In this document: positions 12,715-24,467 of the stretch, piece after piece
Numbering within the stretch: the stretch's first letter is position 1
Layout: every line of letters starts with the position of its first letter
NCBI RefSeq assembly: GCF_964213995.1
Contig: NC_135818.1
Span: forward strand, 69,316,001 to 69,380,000
Length of the DNA: 64,000 nt
Source of the DNA: Mustelus asterias
Lineage: Eukaryota
Direction of reading: 5' to 3'
Program-made: the position numbers and the translations under genes
The notes under the pieces: generated by a model
What the model was told of the DNA's origin: nothing
Seen by the model: the letters and a program-made list of their open reading frames with translations, nothing else
The model's database searches: none

Positions 12715-13052
12715 AATGAATTGATTTTTTGTCACATGTATTGGCATACAGTGAAAAATATTGTTTCTTGCACACTATATAGACAAAGCATACCGTTCAT
12801 AGAGTACATTGGGGAGAATGAAAGGAGAGGGTGCAGAATATAGTGTTACAGTCATAACTAGGGTGTAGAGAAAGATCAGCTTAATATATGGTAAGTCCAT
12901 TGAAAAGTCTGGTGGCAGCAGGGAAGAAGCAGTTCTTGAGTTGGTTGGTGAGTGATCTCAGACTTTTGTATCTTTTTCCCAACGGAAGCAGGTGGAAGAG
13001 AGTATGTCCGGGGTGCGTGGGGTCCTTGATTATGCTGGCTGCTTTTCCAGGA
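12715..13052 (-). mobile_element. Rex1/Babar LINE 3' end (other fragments ~9190-9345 +, 9610-9745 -, 62610-63045 -)
   Basis: The 62.6-kb copy encodes SLRSRTNRLKNSFFPAAIRLLNG, typical of Rex1/Babar; tail tttcactgta...tacatgtgaca..aatcaa. Confidence 0.75.
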
Positions 13053-14370
13053 TTCTGCAAAATAAAAGAGAGAATTTAAAAGATTGACATGGAAGGTAGA
13101 GAGAGATTGAGAGAAAAGGTTAGCAGGCAACATTAAAATGGACTCTAAAACATTTGTAAAGTATAAATACTTAGCAAGGGAAAACATTAGGCCAATTAAA
13201 GACTCAAAGGGAAATGTTCACGTAGCTACAGTATTAAATTAATAATTTGCATCTTCACAAAGGAAGTGGATAATGTGAAGGTTACACTAAAAGAGGAGAG
13301 GGAACATGTGGACAAGATTATAATAGATAGAGAAAATATACTGCAAAGATTAGCATTTGTGAAAGTTGGTAAGTCACCCTGGTTCTAATAGAATGTAGCT
13401 GAGGTTGCTGAAAGAAGCAAGGTTAGAAATAGCTGAGGCTTTGATCACACTCCTTCAATCCTGATTGGATATAGGAGTAGTGCCGAAGAACCAGATTGTG
13501 GTTAGTACCACAACTCAAAAAAGAGAAACCAAAAAACAACAACAACTGGTCATCAGCGGCATCAGTGATGGGAAGTTATTGGAAACCGTTAATAGGGACA
13601 ATATAAACTTTTATTCAGAAAAGCATGGGTTAAGGCTAATCAACATTGATTTATCTGACTAACTTGATTGAATGCTTTGATGAGGTACCAGAGAAGTTTG
13701 ATCAAGGTGGTGCAGAGAATGCTGTACATATATGGAGTTCAGAAGAGATTTCACAAAGTACTACAGAGGAGCTTAATAAGAAGGAAGTCCATGAAATGAA
13801 GGGGAATGGGACAGTATGGATACAAAACGGTGATACAGTGGGAAGCACAGCTGCCTCACAGTGCCAGGGATCCGGGTTTGATTCCCGGCTTGTGTCACTA
13901 TCTGTGTGGAGTCTGCACATTCTCTGTGTGGACTTCCTCCAGGTACTCCCACAGTCTGAAAGACGTGCTGGTTGGGTGCATTGGCCATGCTAAATTCTCC
14001 CTTGATGTACCCAAACAGGCGCCAGAGTGTGGCGACTAGGGGATTTTCACAGTAACTTAATTGCGGTGTTAATGTAAGCCTACTTGTGACACTAATAAAT
14101 AAACTTTAAAACAAAATTGACTCGCTCAGTGACAGGTAGACGGATGTGTTTCAGATTAGGACTTGATCTGTATGGTGTTCTCCAAGCATCAGTTTTAGTT
14201 AATTATTCGTTTCAATGTTTTATAAATGGCCTACACTCAGATGTAAGGGGCAGCTTTACGAACGTGCAGTTCATATAAGACTTGTCAAAGCAGTAGGTAC
14301 TGATGAGGATAGTTCTAGACTTCAGAATGACATAGAGTGGTGAAATTATAAATGGAGTTCAATGTGGAAT
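13050..14370 (+). mobile_element. Old CR1 fragments interrupted by a V-SINE (13830-14110)
   Basis: Degenerate RT-like text (LTNLIECFDEV). Confidence 0.6.
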
Positions 14371-15878
14371 TAGAACGCAAGCAATGGAACCTCTCAATAC
14401 TCAATACTGTGTAAGTTAAATGTATCATTTTGATATCATCAGCTTGCGCGCAAGAACATTCACCCTGCTCTGGGACATTCATCCTGTCACTGCAATCATA
14501 CCAAACAATGATGCCTTCAGTTTTATATTCGCTGCGGATTATGAGTTAGTATAAAGTCTAGCAGTGCAGTCAAACCAATTATTTTTGGAGATTCTTCTTG
14601 TACCCATTCAACAACCCAGTCATATTCTCTCTAAAGTGCCTTTCTTGTCACCAGATGGTCGCGACTGAATGTACTTGCAAAAAAATACACCCCACCCCAC
14701 ACAATCGACCACCTAAATTTGGAATAAAAGTAAAATACCGCAGTGGGTGGGGAGGTTGCTGGAAATCTGAAATAAAAACAGAAAATGCTGCAACAAATTC
14801 TCAGCAAGTCTGGCAGCATCTGTGGAGAAAGAGAGAAGAGTTAACGTTGCCAGTCCAATCAGAGCTTCAGATTGAGAATGTGCCTAATGGAGATGTCCCC
14901 ACAGGGCCAACAGAATAGGTAGTCACAAGCGTCCAGTGGCCGAGAAAGGCGCTATCACAATGCAAGTCTCTCTCTGGTTGGATGAGGATTCCCCTAACTA
15001 CAGTTCCCAGGAAGATTGAAGTCCCGAATTCATCCTTAGACGTTTACAAATGGATGTTTTGGGGATGTCAGTCTCTATGTTAGATTTCAATCTGCATTGC
15101 AACACTGCGTGGTTGTTGCTTTGACACTGTTGAATCCAGAGGGGGTCCAGTCTCACTTTAACCACATTGGGTCTGCGAGTGGACTTGCTTATTATAAAAG
15201 CAATCAGGCAAGGCTCACTCGGTCTGAGTTTTATTTATTTCCAATTGAAAAACTGGGGAGATTTTCAATAAAGACTAGCCTATAAAATGGATTGTATAAT
15301 AGGTGTCCAATGGCCAAACAAACCACACAACACCTAAAGCTGCAATCATCATTTTCTAGAGCTGATGATTTGCAGTCTATCCCCAGACAATCCCCACTTT
15401 AAATGGAAGGACATCTTGTACTTGCCTTTCCTCGAATGATCAGTGGGTTTTAGTTTTCTCTGGGCGGTTATGCACGACAAAGCTTTGTTTTATTTTAAAC
15501 TTCTGCGGGAAATGAATGGGTTTGCGTTTTAACTGGGTGATTGAGAAGCTTGCAGTGACGGGTCTATTGGGAAGATGTGATGTTGGTGAGTTGCAGTTTG
15601 GTGTTGTCCATAGAAATGTTTCCAGAAAACAGAAGTGTTCATTGTTTAGCTCCTGGTGTAAAACAATTCGGTGATATTCCCCAACTCCCATCTCTGAGGA
15701 GTAGCTACAAACAGCATCTGTGATCTTTGAATAAACGCCTTCGAATTGCCTTGTATGTGAGCGGCATCTCCATTTTAAAAAAATTAGTTGAACTTTTCTC
15801 CATGTTAATTATCAAATTCAACCTTCTTATTGGCTATTGTTGAGTTCCTTTTACTCCAGTAATCCTGGTTAGTGGTGT

Positions 15879-16087
15879 GACCTGTCCCTGGAGAGGGAGC
15901 ATGCAGTGTCCAAGGGCACTCAGGGACTGGGGTGTATTAGTGACCCCTTCAATCACATTTTAATTTGTTTTAAGTTTCCTTTCCACTTAGTCTTTTGTTT
16001 CAGGTGAGTCCCCTCCTTTTGGAAGCTGCCCCTTTTCATTTGTCTCCTCGTTAATTTGATTTAGTTTATTTGGTTGGCCAGAAAGAT
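15879..16087 (+). mobile_element. Tx1-clade non-LTR retrotransposon 3' end
   Basis: Encodes LEREHAVSKGT, resembling the Tx1 ORF2 C-terminus; T-rich 3'UTR; 13-bp TSD TGGTTAGTGGTGT at 15866-15878 and 16088-16100. Confidence 0.6.
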
Positions 16088-17289
16088 TGGTTAGTGGTGT
16101 TACCATTCCATCATCAACTTTCTGCCCCATCTTAATCACCCCGTCGTCCGCTATCCCCCCCTCTCCCCCTATTCCCCATGATAGGGAAACTATTCATCAT
16201 CCAGACCTGACTTTCCAACATTGTTTCTTGCCAATTCCCTTAGCTTCATTCCAAGCAAACTCCCAATTTCTTCAAAACTCTCTGCTGCTGACATTCTGCA
16301 CCACCCCCCCCCCCCCACCCCCCCATCCCTAGTTTCCCCGGAGCGGCGTACCTCACTGAGTTATTTCACAAGACAATTAAAGAGTCAACCACATCAGAAT
16401 GGGGCTAGAGTCACCTGTAGGCCGGACCGGGTAAGGACAGCAGGCTTCTTCCTCTGGGGTTATAATGACAATCTAAAAGCTTTGTTTGCCTCTGAGAAAG
16501 CAATTTTGAATCCTTAAATTGCTAAAATGGGATTTGCATCCACATTCTCCGGGTTATTAATCCAGTCTAGTAACCTAACCAGTCCGTTACTGTGAGTGTG
16601 ACATTCCATTACCCCTGGTTCTGTGATTGCCTGTTGAATTTAGTTGGTCTACGATTATAAATCCCTCCAATGCCTCCCTTCATCTTCCCTCTGCAACCAT
16701 CTTCAGCCCTAGTCCCAGCTCATGCACCTCAACCCTTTGACTCTTTATTTCAGTGCAGACATCATATTCAGCCGTCACAGCTCTATTCTCCTTCTTGCTC
16801 CATCATAACCTTTAATATTCTCCTGAAAACCTATCTTAATCATGGTATTTATGACCACCTCTCTTGGGGTGGCATGGTGACACAGTGATTAATATTGTTG
16901 CCTCACAGCGCCAGGGATCTGGGTTCGATTCCAGCCTCGGGAGACTATGTTGAGTTTGCATGCTCTCCCCGTGTGTGCATATGTTTCCTCCCACACTCCA
17001 AAGATGTACAGGTTAGGTGGATTGGCCATGCTAAATTGACCCTTAGTGGCCAAGATGTGCAGGTTAGATGGATAGCCATTATCAATGTGTGGGGTTACGG
17101 AGTTTGGGCAGGCGATTATGCTTAGGTAGGGTGTTCTTTCGGAGGGTTGGTGCAGACTTGATGGGCCAAATGGCCTCTTCTGCATTGTAGGGATTCTATG
17201 ATTCTGGGCTCTGTAAAACACCTTGGAACATGAAGCATGATTTTGATTTGTGCAAGTCATTATTAGTCTGAAATAGCACCAAGCACCTT

Positions 17290-17430
17290 TTAAAAAAAAA
17301 ATTACTCCATTCTTAAAGTTACAAAGCCAATGCTTCGTACCCACAAGAGAGATAAACAAGTCCAAACTGACAAGAAAAGACATTGCATCCCATCTTGGGC
17401 GTGATCCACCACTTGTTCTTAGGCAGAGTA
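17290..17430 (-). mobile_element. 5'-truncated copy of the 6840-7345 family
   Basis: tactccat..ttaaag.tacaaagccaa...ccacaagaga.ataaacaag.tccaa.ctgacaaga is shared with 6851-6975. Confidence 0.65.
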
Positions 17431-18731
17431 ACATTGAAATGATAGGAGGCCCAAAGCACACCGAGTTTTTAATCAATGTTTGCTCAGATCACTCAATTCA
17501 GGTTGCTCATACCGTAAGGCACAACGGACTGTTTCTCCTGTGCTGAAAGTACTGGTTGCTGCTGGAGTGTGACTTCACATGTAGCGACAGGAGCACAGCC
17601 AGTACCCATTCATTATGTATGAAACTAAAGTGTCAGCGGGTCATATGGATAGATGAACAAAGTGCAGTAAAACCGACTGTGTTCTCATCTAACATCCACA
17701 TGCAACACACTTCCCAACTGGCATCATTGATTTTTCTCCCTTTAATGGCCCATAGGCACTGACACCAATTTTTTCCCCAGGTGAGAACTCGTTCTTATCA
17801 TAACCCGAAGAACTCTCTACATCTCTCAGGTTTTGATGCCTTGGTCTGTATTTACCTGCTAAGCCAATTGACTGTTAACGGGTGTGTGCCAACCAAGTGA
17901 CAAGAAGTGACGTTGTGCCTATCTGCAAGGAGACATGGTCAATCCCTTATTGGATGGCAGTGAGTATATCCTTTGCTATTTGCATCAAAGTTCACAGAAA
18001 TATCAGTTGAAAAGTCACTTTCAATCATAATATTTTAGAATCTGGTTGAAAACTTAGCATTAAAATAAATTGATCCATTCAGTTACATTCTTTCAATATT
18101 CAGCATTTGATTAAATTGCTAATTAAGATAATTTTTTTTGCCAATTTCCCTCTCTAAAGACAGATGTTCCAGGTATCCCTAAACAGGATAATTAAATTAT
18201 CGTCCCACCGGTATAACATTCATATTCTTGGCACACAACCCCTGACAGTGAATGTCTAGTTCATCAAAAGTGGTCTCACAGCCCAGATCGTACAGGCCTC
18301 CCTCCCAATATTCATGCATACGCACCACCAGACGTTGTCACTGAACAATGATCAGGAGTGGGATTTCTGGATGATTTATCCCTCCGCAGCCCAAAGACAC
18401 TGCAATCCTGTTGCTTTCTTGGTTGAGATCAGACAACTCAGCGCAAACTGGGGATGGAATCTGGGACCTTCCTGCTGTGATAAATAAGATAATGTTAAAG
18501 TTAAAAGTTAAAGTTTATTTATTAGTCACAAGCAAGCTTACAATAACACCGCAATGAAGTTAGTATGAAACTCCCCTGAAAATTAATAACCAGATCTTTT
18601 TTTTTGTGATTTTGCCTGAGGAATAAATGTTGGCAAAGCCACCCAGGGATAACCTTCCTGCTCTTTTTCAGAATCATGCTGTGGTATCTTTGCCATCCAT
18701 CTGAAAGGGCAGATGGGGTCTTGGTTTAACA

Positions 18732-19040
18732 CAGTGGTTCCCAAAGGGTGCGCCGCGCCACACTGGTGCAGTGAGAGAGGATGGCAAGTGTGGCGGGAAG
18801 ATTCAAGGACAATCAAAGAAACATTTAAACATGGTTTAAACACGCATTGTTTTATACTTTCTGGATGTCCCATGATCATATTATAAAGTAGTTGTGTTCT
18901 ATGTTATGAATCAAGCACTGCTAGGAGTTGTATTTTTTTTTGTTTTTGAATGTATTTCTTATCAATAAAAAATTCGGTGTGGCGCGAGCAAATTTTTATT
19001 CCGAAAGTGCGGCCCAATGAAAAAAGTTTGGGAACCACTG
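18732..19040. mobile_element. hAT (Charlie-type) MITE, 309 bp
   Basis: TIRs CAGTGGTTCCCAAA / TTTGGGAACCACTG; 8-bp TSD GTTTAACA / GGTTAACA (one mismatch). Confidence 0.85.
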
Positions 19041-19171
19041 GGTTAACATCTCACCTGAAAGATAAAATGAAAAACAAGAATATTTATGTAAATACTAAGA
19101 TAATTATGTAAAAAAGTTAATAGGGTAAGAAATAAAGAACAAGAATCATAAGTCTGACATCAGAAGATAGT

Positions 19172-19356
19172 CATGATGTGGAGATGCCGGTGTTGGACTG
19201 GGGTAAACACAGTAAGAAGTCTAACAACACCAGGTTAAAGTCCAACAGGTTTATTTGGTGGCAAATGCCACTAGCTTTCGGAGCGTGCTGCCAGTGGTAT
19301 TTGCTGCCAAATAAACCTGTTGGACTTTAACCTGGTGTTGTTAAACTTCTTGCTGT
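19172..19356. mobile_element. PLE family 1 short palindromic insertion
   Basis: atgatgtggagatgccgg..aacaacaccaggttaaagtccaacagg / cctgttggactttaacctggtgttgtt inverted arms. Confidence 0.8.
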
Positions 19357-19564
19357 AATCAGAACCATTCAGGGGGGTTTTCACAGTAACTTCATTGCAG
19401 TGTTAATGTAAGCTTACTTGTGACTAATAAACTTTAAACAAAAAAGGTTGGTGATTCAGATTGACTGTACAGTGCAGGTGGCAGGAGATGTGAGGTCCTC
19501 CCGGCACTAGAGGTGCTAGAGATTGACAGAGCGCGGGATGTGTTCCCTCTTGTCTCTCTCTAGC

Positions 19565-19779
19565 TCTCATCGCCCCGCCCCAGCAACGACCCGGAAGCCG
19601 TTGCGGCGGATACGGAAATGGGCCTCTTTGTGACTAGTCAGCCGGGCGGAGAAGGCGCACCGGGAGGAGAGGCGATGGATTAGAGCGAGTGCGGCGGGGG
19701 GGAAGCGCCGCCTGGCCCCGCTCCCGGCCTCACCCTCCCCAACCCCCCGGACACCCACTGCCTTTCCTTTCCCCGCATG
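19565..19779 (+). promoter_or_regulatory. LYSET: LYSET CpG-island promoter and probable non-coding exon 1
   Basis: GC box (ccccgccc), ETS motifs (ccggaag at 19591, cggaaat at 19613), CpG-rich, ending at a consensus donor ATG|GTGAGT after 19779. Confidence 0.7.
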
Positions 19780-19894
19780 GTGAGTGTTGTGAGTGGGAGC
19801 CGGCCTGCGGGGGACAGCCCGCCCCGGGAATGGGGCCGCCGGGCTCGGCCAAGCCGCTGCGGGGGCTGGGGAGCTTTACCCCGCGAAAGGGGCC

Positions 19895-20610
19895 TCGCCT
19901 CCCAGCCAGAGGCAGGTTCCGGGGGTTCAGGTCCCCCTGCAGGGTCTGGAAGATGGGCTGGCGCTCCCCCTCCCCCAGTGCAGCGCTGAGGGAGGGGGTG
20001 CTGCACCGTCGGAGGTGCCGTCTTCCGGATGAGACCTTAAACTGTTGTCTCTCAGGCGGTCGGGAAAGATCCCGATTGCACCATTTTGGAAAAAGAACCG
20101 AGATTTATCCCCCAACCAACATTATTGAAGGAACATGTCGTTTGGTCGCTATCACATTGTGGATTAGCACTGCTCCCCCACAGCGCCAAGGACCCGGGTT
20201 CGATTCCCGGCTTGGGTCACTGTCTGTGTGGAGTCTGCACATTCTCCCCGTGTCTGCGTGGGTTTCCTTCGGGTGCTCCGGTTTCCTCCCACAGTCCAGA
20301 AGACGTGCTGGTTAGGGTGCATTGGCTGTGCTAAATTCTCCCTCAGTGTACCCGAACAGGTGCTGGAGTGTGGCCACTGGGGGATTTTCCCAGTAACTTC
20401 ATTGCAGTGTTAATGTAAGCCCACTTGTGACACAAATAAATAAACTTACTGTGTGGGGGGGGGGCGTGGGAGTGGGGGTGAGAGACTCTGTGCAGCTTTC
20501 CTGCCACGTTTCACTGCATTTTAACAGTGAGTCCACTTGCAAAGTATGCATTTAACTGTAAAATGGTTTGGAATGACTCCAGGTCATGAAACCTGTTCTT
20601 TAAATACAGG
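19895..20610 (+). mobile_element. DeuSINE (SacSINE1/AmnSINE1-like) split by a V-SINE (other copies ~21110-21280, 42265-42560, 57100-58040 -, 18580-19065 -)
   Basis: cagtgcagcgctgaggg..gctgcac.gtcggaggtgccgtctt.cggatgagac and tttatccc.caaccaacat resemble the recalled Deu-SINE consensus. Confidence 0.65.
20160..20448 (+). mobile_element. V-SINE 'type B' with a different tail (other copies ~1801-2100 +, 8745-9130 -, 13830-14110 +, 31830-32105 +, 32517-32810 -, 34979-35275 +, 38694-38878 +, 39971-40270 -, 42795-43057 -, 61720-62020 -, 62704-62995 +)
   Basis: Same head and V-domain, but tail ctcagtgtacccgaacagg..gactaggggattttcacagtaacttcattgcagtgttaatgtaagcctacttgtgacactaataaa. Confidence 0.9.
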
Positions 20611-22210
20611 TCTGTGTCTTGTTGTAGGGTTTGGTCAGGGCTCGTCTTGATAACTATTTTGTCAGTGAACAAGATTATCTTGAGCAGATAATCTTGGTTC
20701 ACACTGCAGTGCAGGATTGGGGAGCTTTGCCTTGTCAGGGGTGCATCCTTCTGATGCCTCATCTGCTTATGTGAATGAAAGATCTTGGGCCACTAATAAA
20801 AGAACAGGATATTTAACCAGGATGAACAGCATCTATCTCTGAACCACACCCACCAAAGACTAACATGAGACTATATATGTTAATCCATGTAACAAGAGTA
20901 GATACATAGCATTCATTCTAGGAGAAGCAGTTTGCGATGTTTCTAAGAACTTGGGAGCAGGAGTAGGCCATTCAGCCCTTCAAGCCTATTCCTCCACCTC
21001 AATAAGATCATTGACTCTTTTGTTTATCAATAATCTGTCTAACTCAACCTTGAATAAATTCAATGACCAACCTCCACAGCTTTCTGGGGAAGAGAATTCC
21101 ACATACTAACTGCCCTCTGAGAGTAAGGCAGGTTCCGGGGTTCAGATTCCCCTCCAGGGTCTGGAAGATGAGCTGACACTCTACCCCCCCCCCCCCCCCC
21201 TGCAGTGCAGCGCTGAGGGGCTGCTGCACTGTCGAAGGTGCCATCGTTCGGATGAGACTGTTGTCTCTTGGGTGGTCATGTCTGTCTTAAAAGGGAGACT
21301 TTATTATTAGACTGTGTCCCTTAGGTCTAGATTCCCCCCCACAAGTGGAAATATTCTCCCAGTATCTACCGTATCAAGTTCCCTGAGGATCTTGTATGTT
21401 TCAATAAGATCACCTCTCTTAACTTCAATTGGTATCAACCTTTCTTCGTAAGATAAGACCTTCATTTGAGGAATGAGTTGTGAACCTTCTGAACTACTTC
21501 AAATCCAATGATATATTTTGTTGAAGAGGTCAAAACTGTATGCAGGACTCCAGATGTGATCTCACTAATACCCTGTGCAGCTGCAGTAAAACATCCCTAC
21601 TTTGTGTTTAAAATGTGATGAGGTGTTCTGTAAGTATATTGTTTATCAACTATTGCTTAGATTTAAGTATGAATGTCATAACTGGATTTCATTATCCCCT
21701 GAGAATGATATTGGCTTTGCATTCGAAGACCTTTCACAAAGGAAATGCAATTGTGATCTGGAACTTATCTACTATCTTAGGTCAGTGACCAATTTTTTTA
21801 AGCTGATGCTAGAGCAGAGTGTCATTTGTTGCATTGCCAGTTCCATACGGACCCACTGGTAAAGGAAATGTCTGATTATACCTGGAACTGAACCTGCTTG
21901 AATGCTTCCCAATTTTCCTGCAGGTTTCTCTCCTTTGAGGCCTTGTGCACAGGTCTTGCATTGCTGTATCCTCTGAAGTTTAGGAGAATGCTTTTTATTC
22001 TTTCACAGGATGTGGGCATCACTGGCTCGGCCAGCATTTGTTGCCAATCCCTAATTGCACTTTGACAGTGGTGGTGAGCCACGTTGTTGGTACACCCACA
22101 ATGCTGTCACTGAAGCAACAGCAATATAGTTCCAGGACAGAGAGTGTGTGGTTTAGAGGGGAACTTGTTGGTGGTGGTGTCCCATGCATGTAATGCCCTT
22201 GTCCTTCTAG

Positions 22211-22618
22211 GTGAGATTGGGTAGACTGGGGTTGTTCTCCTTGGAAAGACGGAGAATGAGGGGAGATCTAATAGAGGTATACAAGATTATGAAGGGTATA
22301 GATAGGGTGAACAGTGGGAAGCTTTTTCCCAGGTCGGAGGTGACGATCACGAGGGGTCATGGGCTCAAGCTGAGAGGGGCGAAGTATAACTCAGACATCA
22401 GAGGGACGTTTTTTACACAGAGGGTGGTGGGGGCCTGGAATGCGCTGCCAAGTAGGGTGGTGGAGGCAGGCACGCTGACATCGTTTAAGACTTACCTGGA
22501 TAGTCACATGAGCAGCCTGGGAATGGAGGGATACAAACGATTGGTCTAGTTGGACCAAGGAGCGGCACAGGCTTGGAGGGCCGAAGGGCCTGTTTCCTGT
22601 ACTGTTCTTTGTTCTTTG
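22211..22618 (+). mobile_element. Young CR1 3' end
   Basis: [24 protein letters not shown]...FFTQRVVGAWNALP; (TTCTTTG)n tail. Confidence 0.9.
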
Positions 22619-24467
22619 ATAAGAATTTGAGCGTTTGGAAGGCTCTGTTGAACGAATGTGATCTAATTGAAACATATTCTCAGTAGCTGCCCTGACAAAT
22701 ATCTTTTTCCTGGATGAGAAATCTAGAACGCGGGGTTGCAGTCTCAGAATAAGCGATTGACTATTTAGGGCTGAAATGAGGAGCAGTTAACAAGGTAAAT
22801 CTTTTAAATTCTCCACTCCAGGGGACTGCGTTTGCTCCTTGTGCAATACTCTCGAGATCGAGTTTGATAGATTTTTGGATGCCAAATGAATTAAGGAATG
22901 TGGAGCTTGTGCAGGAAGATAGAGTTGAGGCAGAAGATCAGTCATGATCTTATTGATTGGTGGAGCAGGCTAGAAGGGCCAAATGGCCTACTCAATCCAA
23001 CTCCTATTTCTTATGTAGTCACCAAATTCTTTCTCATAAGCTAATTTCCAAATAGCTCACTGCAGGAGAAACCCACTGTTTTTGTGGTTGTGTCAATATA
23101 CCATTCAACTGCTGACATTTTTCTGTTGCCTACTTTAAATGGCATATTTAGATTATGAGAAACTTGCTAGTTTTGTGGACAGGTACATGAGCTGTACTCC
23201 ATTTGTTGCGGTGCAAACTCACCCTGCCAGCAGTTACGAGGTTTGCTGAAGCCAACACTGGTTCTTAAGTAACATTCTAGGCCAATTTGTAGCAGTTTTT
23301 ATATTAAGCTGTATTTTTATTGGTTCCGAATGCTTTGCAAGCTGCAGGAAAGACTAATCATTCAGTTGTCTAACAAAAAAAACCTATGTATTGTTCTCAG
23401 GAGTTGGATAAGGCATCAACAGATCATGTACATCAGATGTATTGTGTTTAGTGCAGATACTACTGTCACATGTCTGAAATTATCAGGCATTTTACAAGGG
23501 CCTTATTTGGGTTGCTGAGAGAGAAAAATGGTGAACTGGGAAAAGTTCTGATAGGTAACCAACTTCAATAGCATCATACCTCACTTTGGAGCCAGCATTT
23601 TCAGAAGGTGAGAAAGGGAACACTCTATATACTCACATATATATAGCAATACTCTCTACCAGCACCTGCTTGAAGCAACTGTGGTACGTATGGAGAAAGC
23701 AGATTTTGAATAAGTCCTTGGAATGATGTGTGTTCAGTTTCTTTAGGCCTGTTTACAGCAAGCCCTTAAACATTCCAGACCAATGCTTGGGATAAGTATA
23801 GACTAATTCACTCTGACGCTTATCTTTTCAAATCAAAATACGCATATTGTTCCCTTTTGTCTCATAACACTGTGTACAAATGGATAACAATGGGAAGGCA
23901 TGGAAACAAGAAGTTGGGGTCCTAAAGTCTTACATGCATAGAAATAATTCTGAATACTTAAAAAGCCAGCCGAAGACTGGATGCCACGCAGCTAGAAGAA
24001 ATGGATAATTGAGGACAAAAACATGCTTGTCTTTTGAAGGCAGGGAGAGAAATGAGAAGGTGGGGTGCTGGATGGGAGAAGAGAGAAATCCAATGTGTGG
24101 GGTGTGGGGGATGTTAGCTGATGGAGTGCCCTCCCCACCCACCCCCTTCAGTTGTAGAACAGAGTTCAAAGTCCAAGTCAGTATCAGAGAGCAGGGGCTG
24201 TAATGATCAACATCTGAAAGAGAAATATAGATGGCCTTTCACAACTGAAACGTTACCCCAGCTTCCTCTTTCAGTTGCTGTGTGTATTTACAAGTTCCTC
24301 CTTGGTTTAACCACCATCATCTCGTGCTGTTCAGAAGGAGAGCTGCTTGCAGTTTCTGGGTGACGGGGCAAATCATGTGCTAACAATCCAGACGGGCAAG
24401 AGCTTTTCATTTATTTTAACCTATCTTTCCCCCTCTTTTCTATTGCAGAAAAAGTAGATTATGGAGA

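Noticed and set aside
18180-18480. Possible very ancient tRNA-SINE remnant (minus strand)
   Set aside because: A B-box-like start is visible, but the sequence is too degenerate to assign without a profile search.
8600-19560. MOAP1 orthologue between ITPK1 and LYSET
   Set aside because: No gag/PNMA-like ORF seen; MOAP1 is a mammalian retrotransposon-derived gene, so its absence is expected.
19689-20315. 208-aa ORF at the LYSET promoter
   Set aside because: A GC-rich open frame running through a DeuSINE and a V-SINE, with no recognisable domain.
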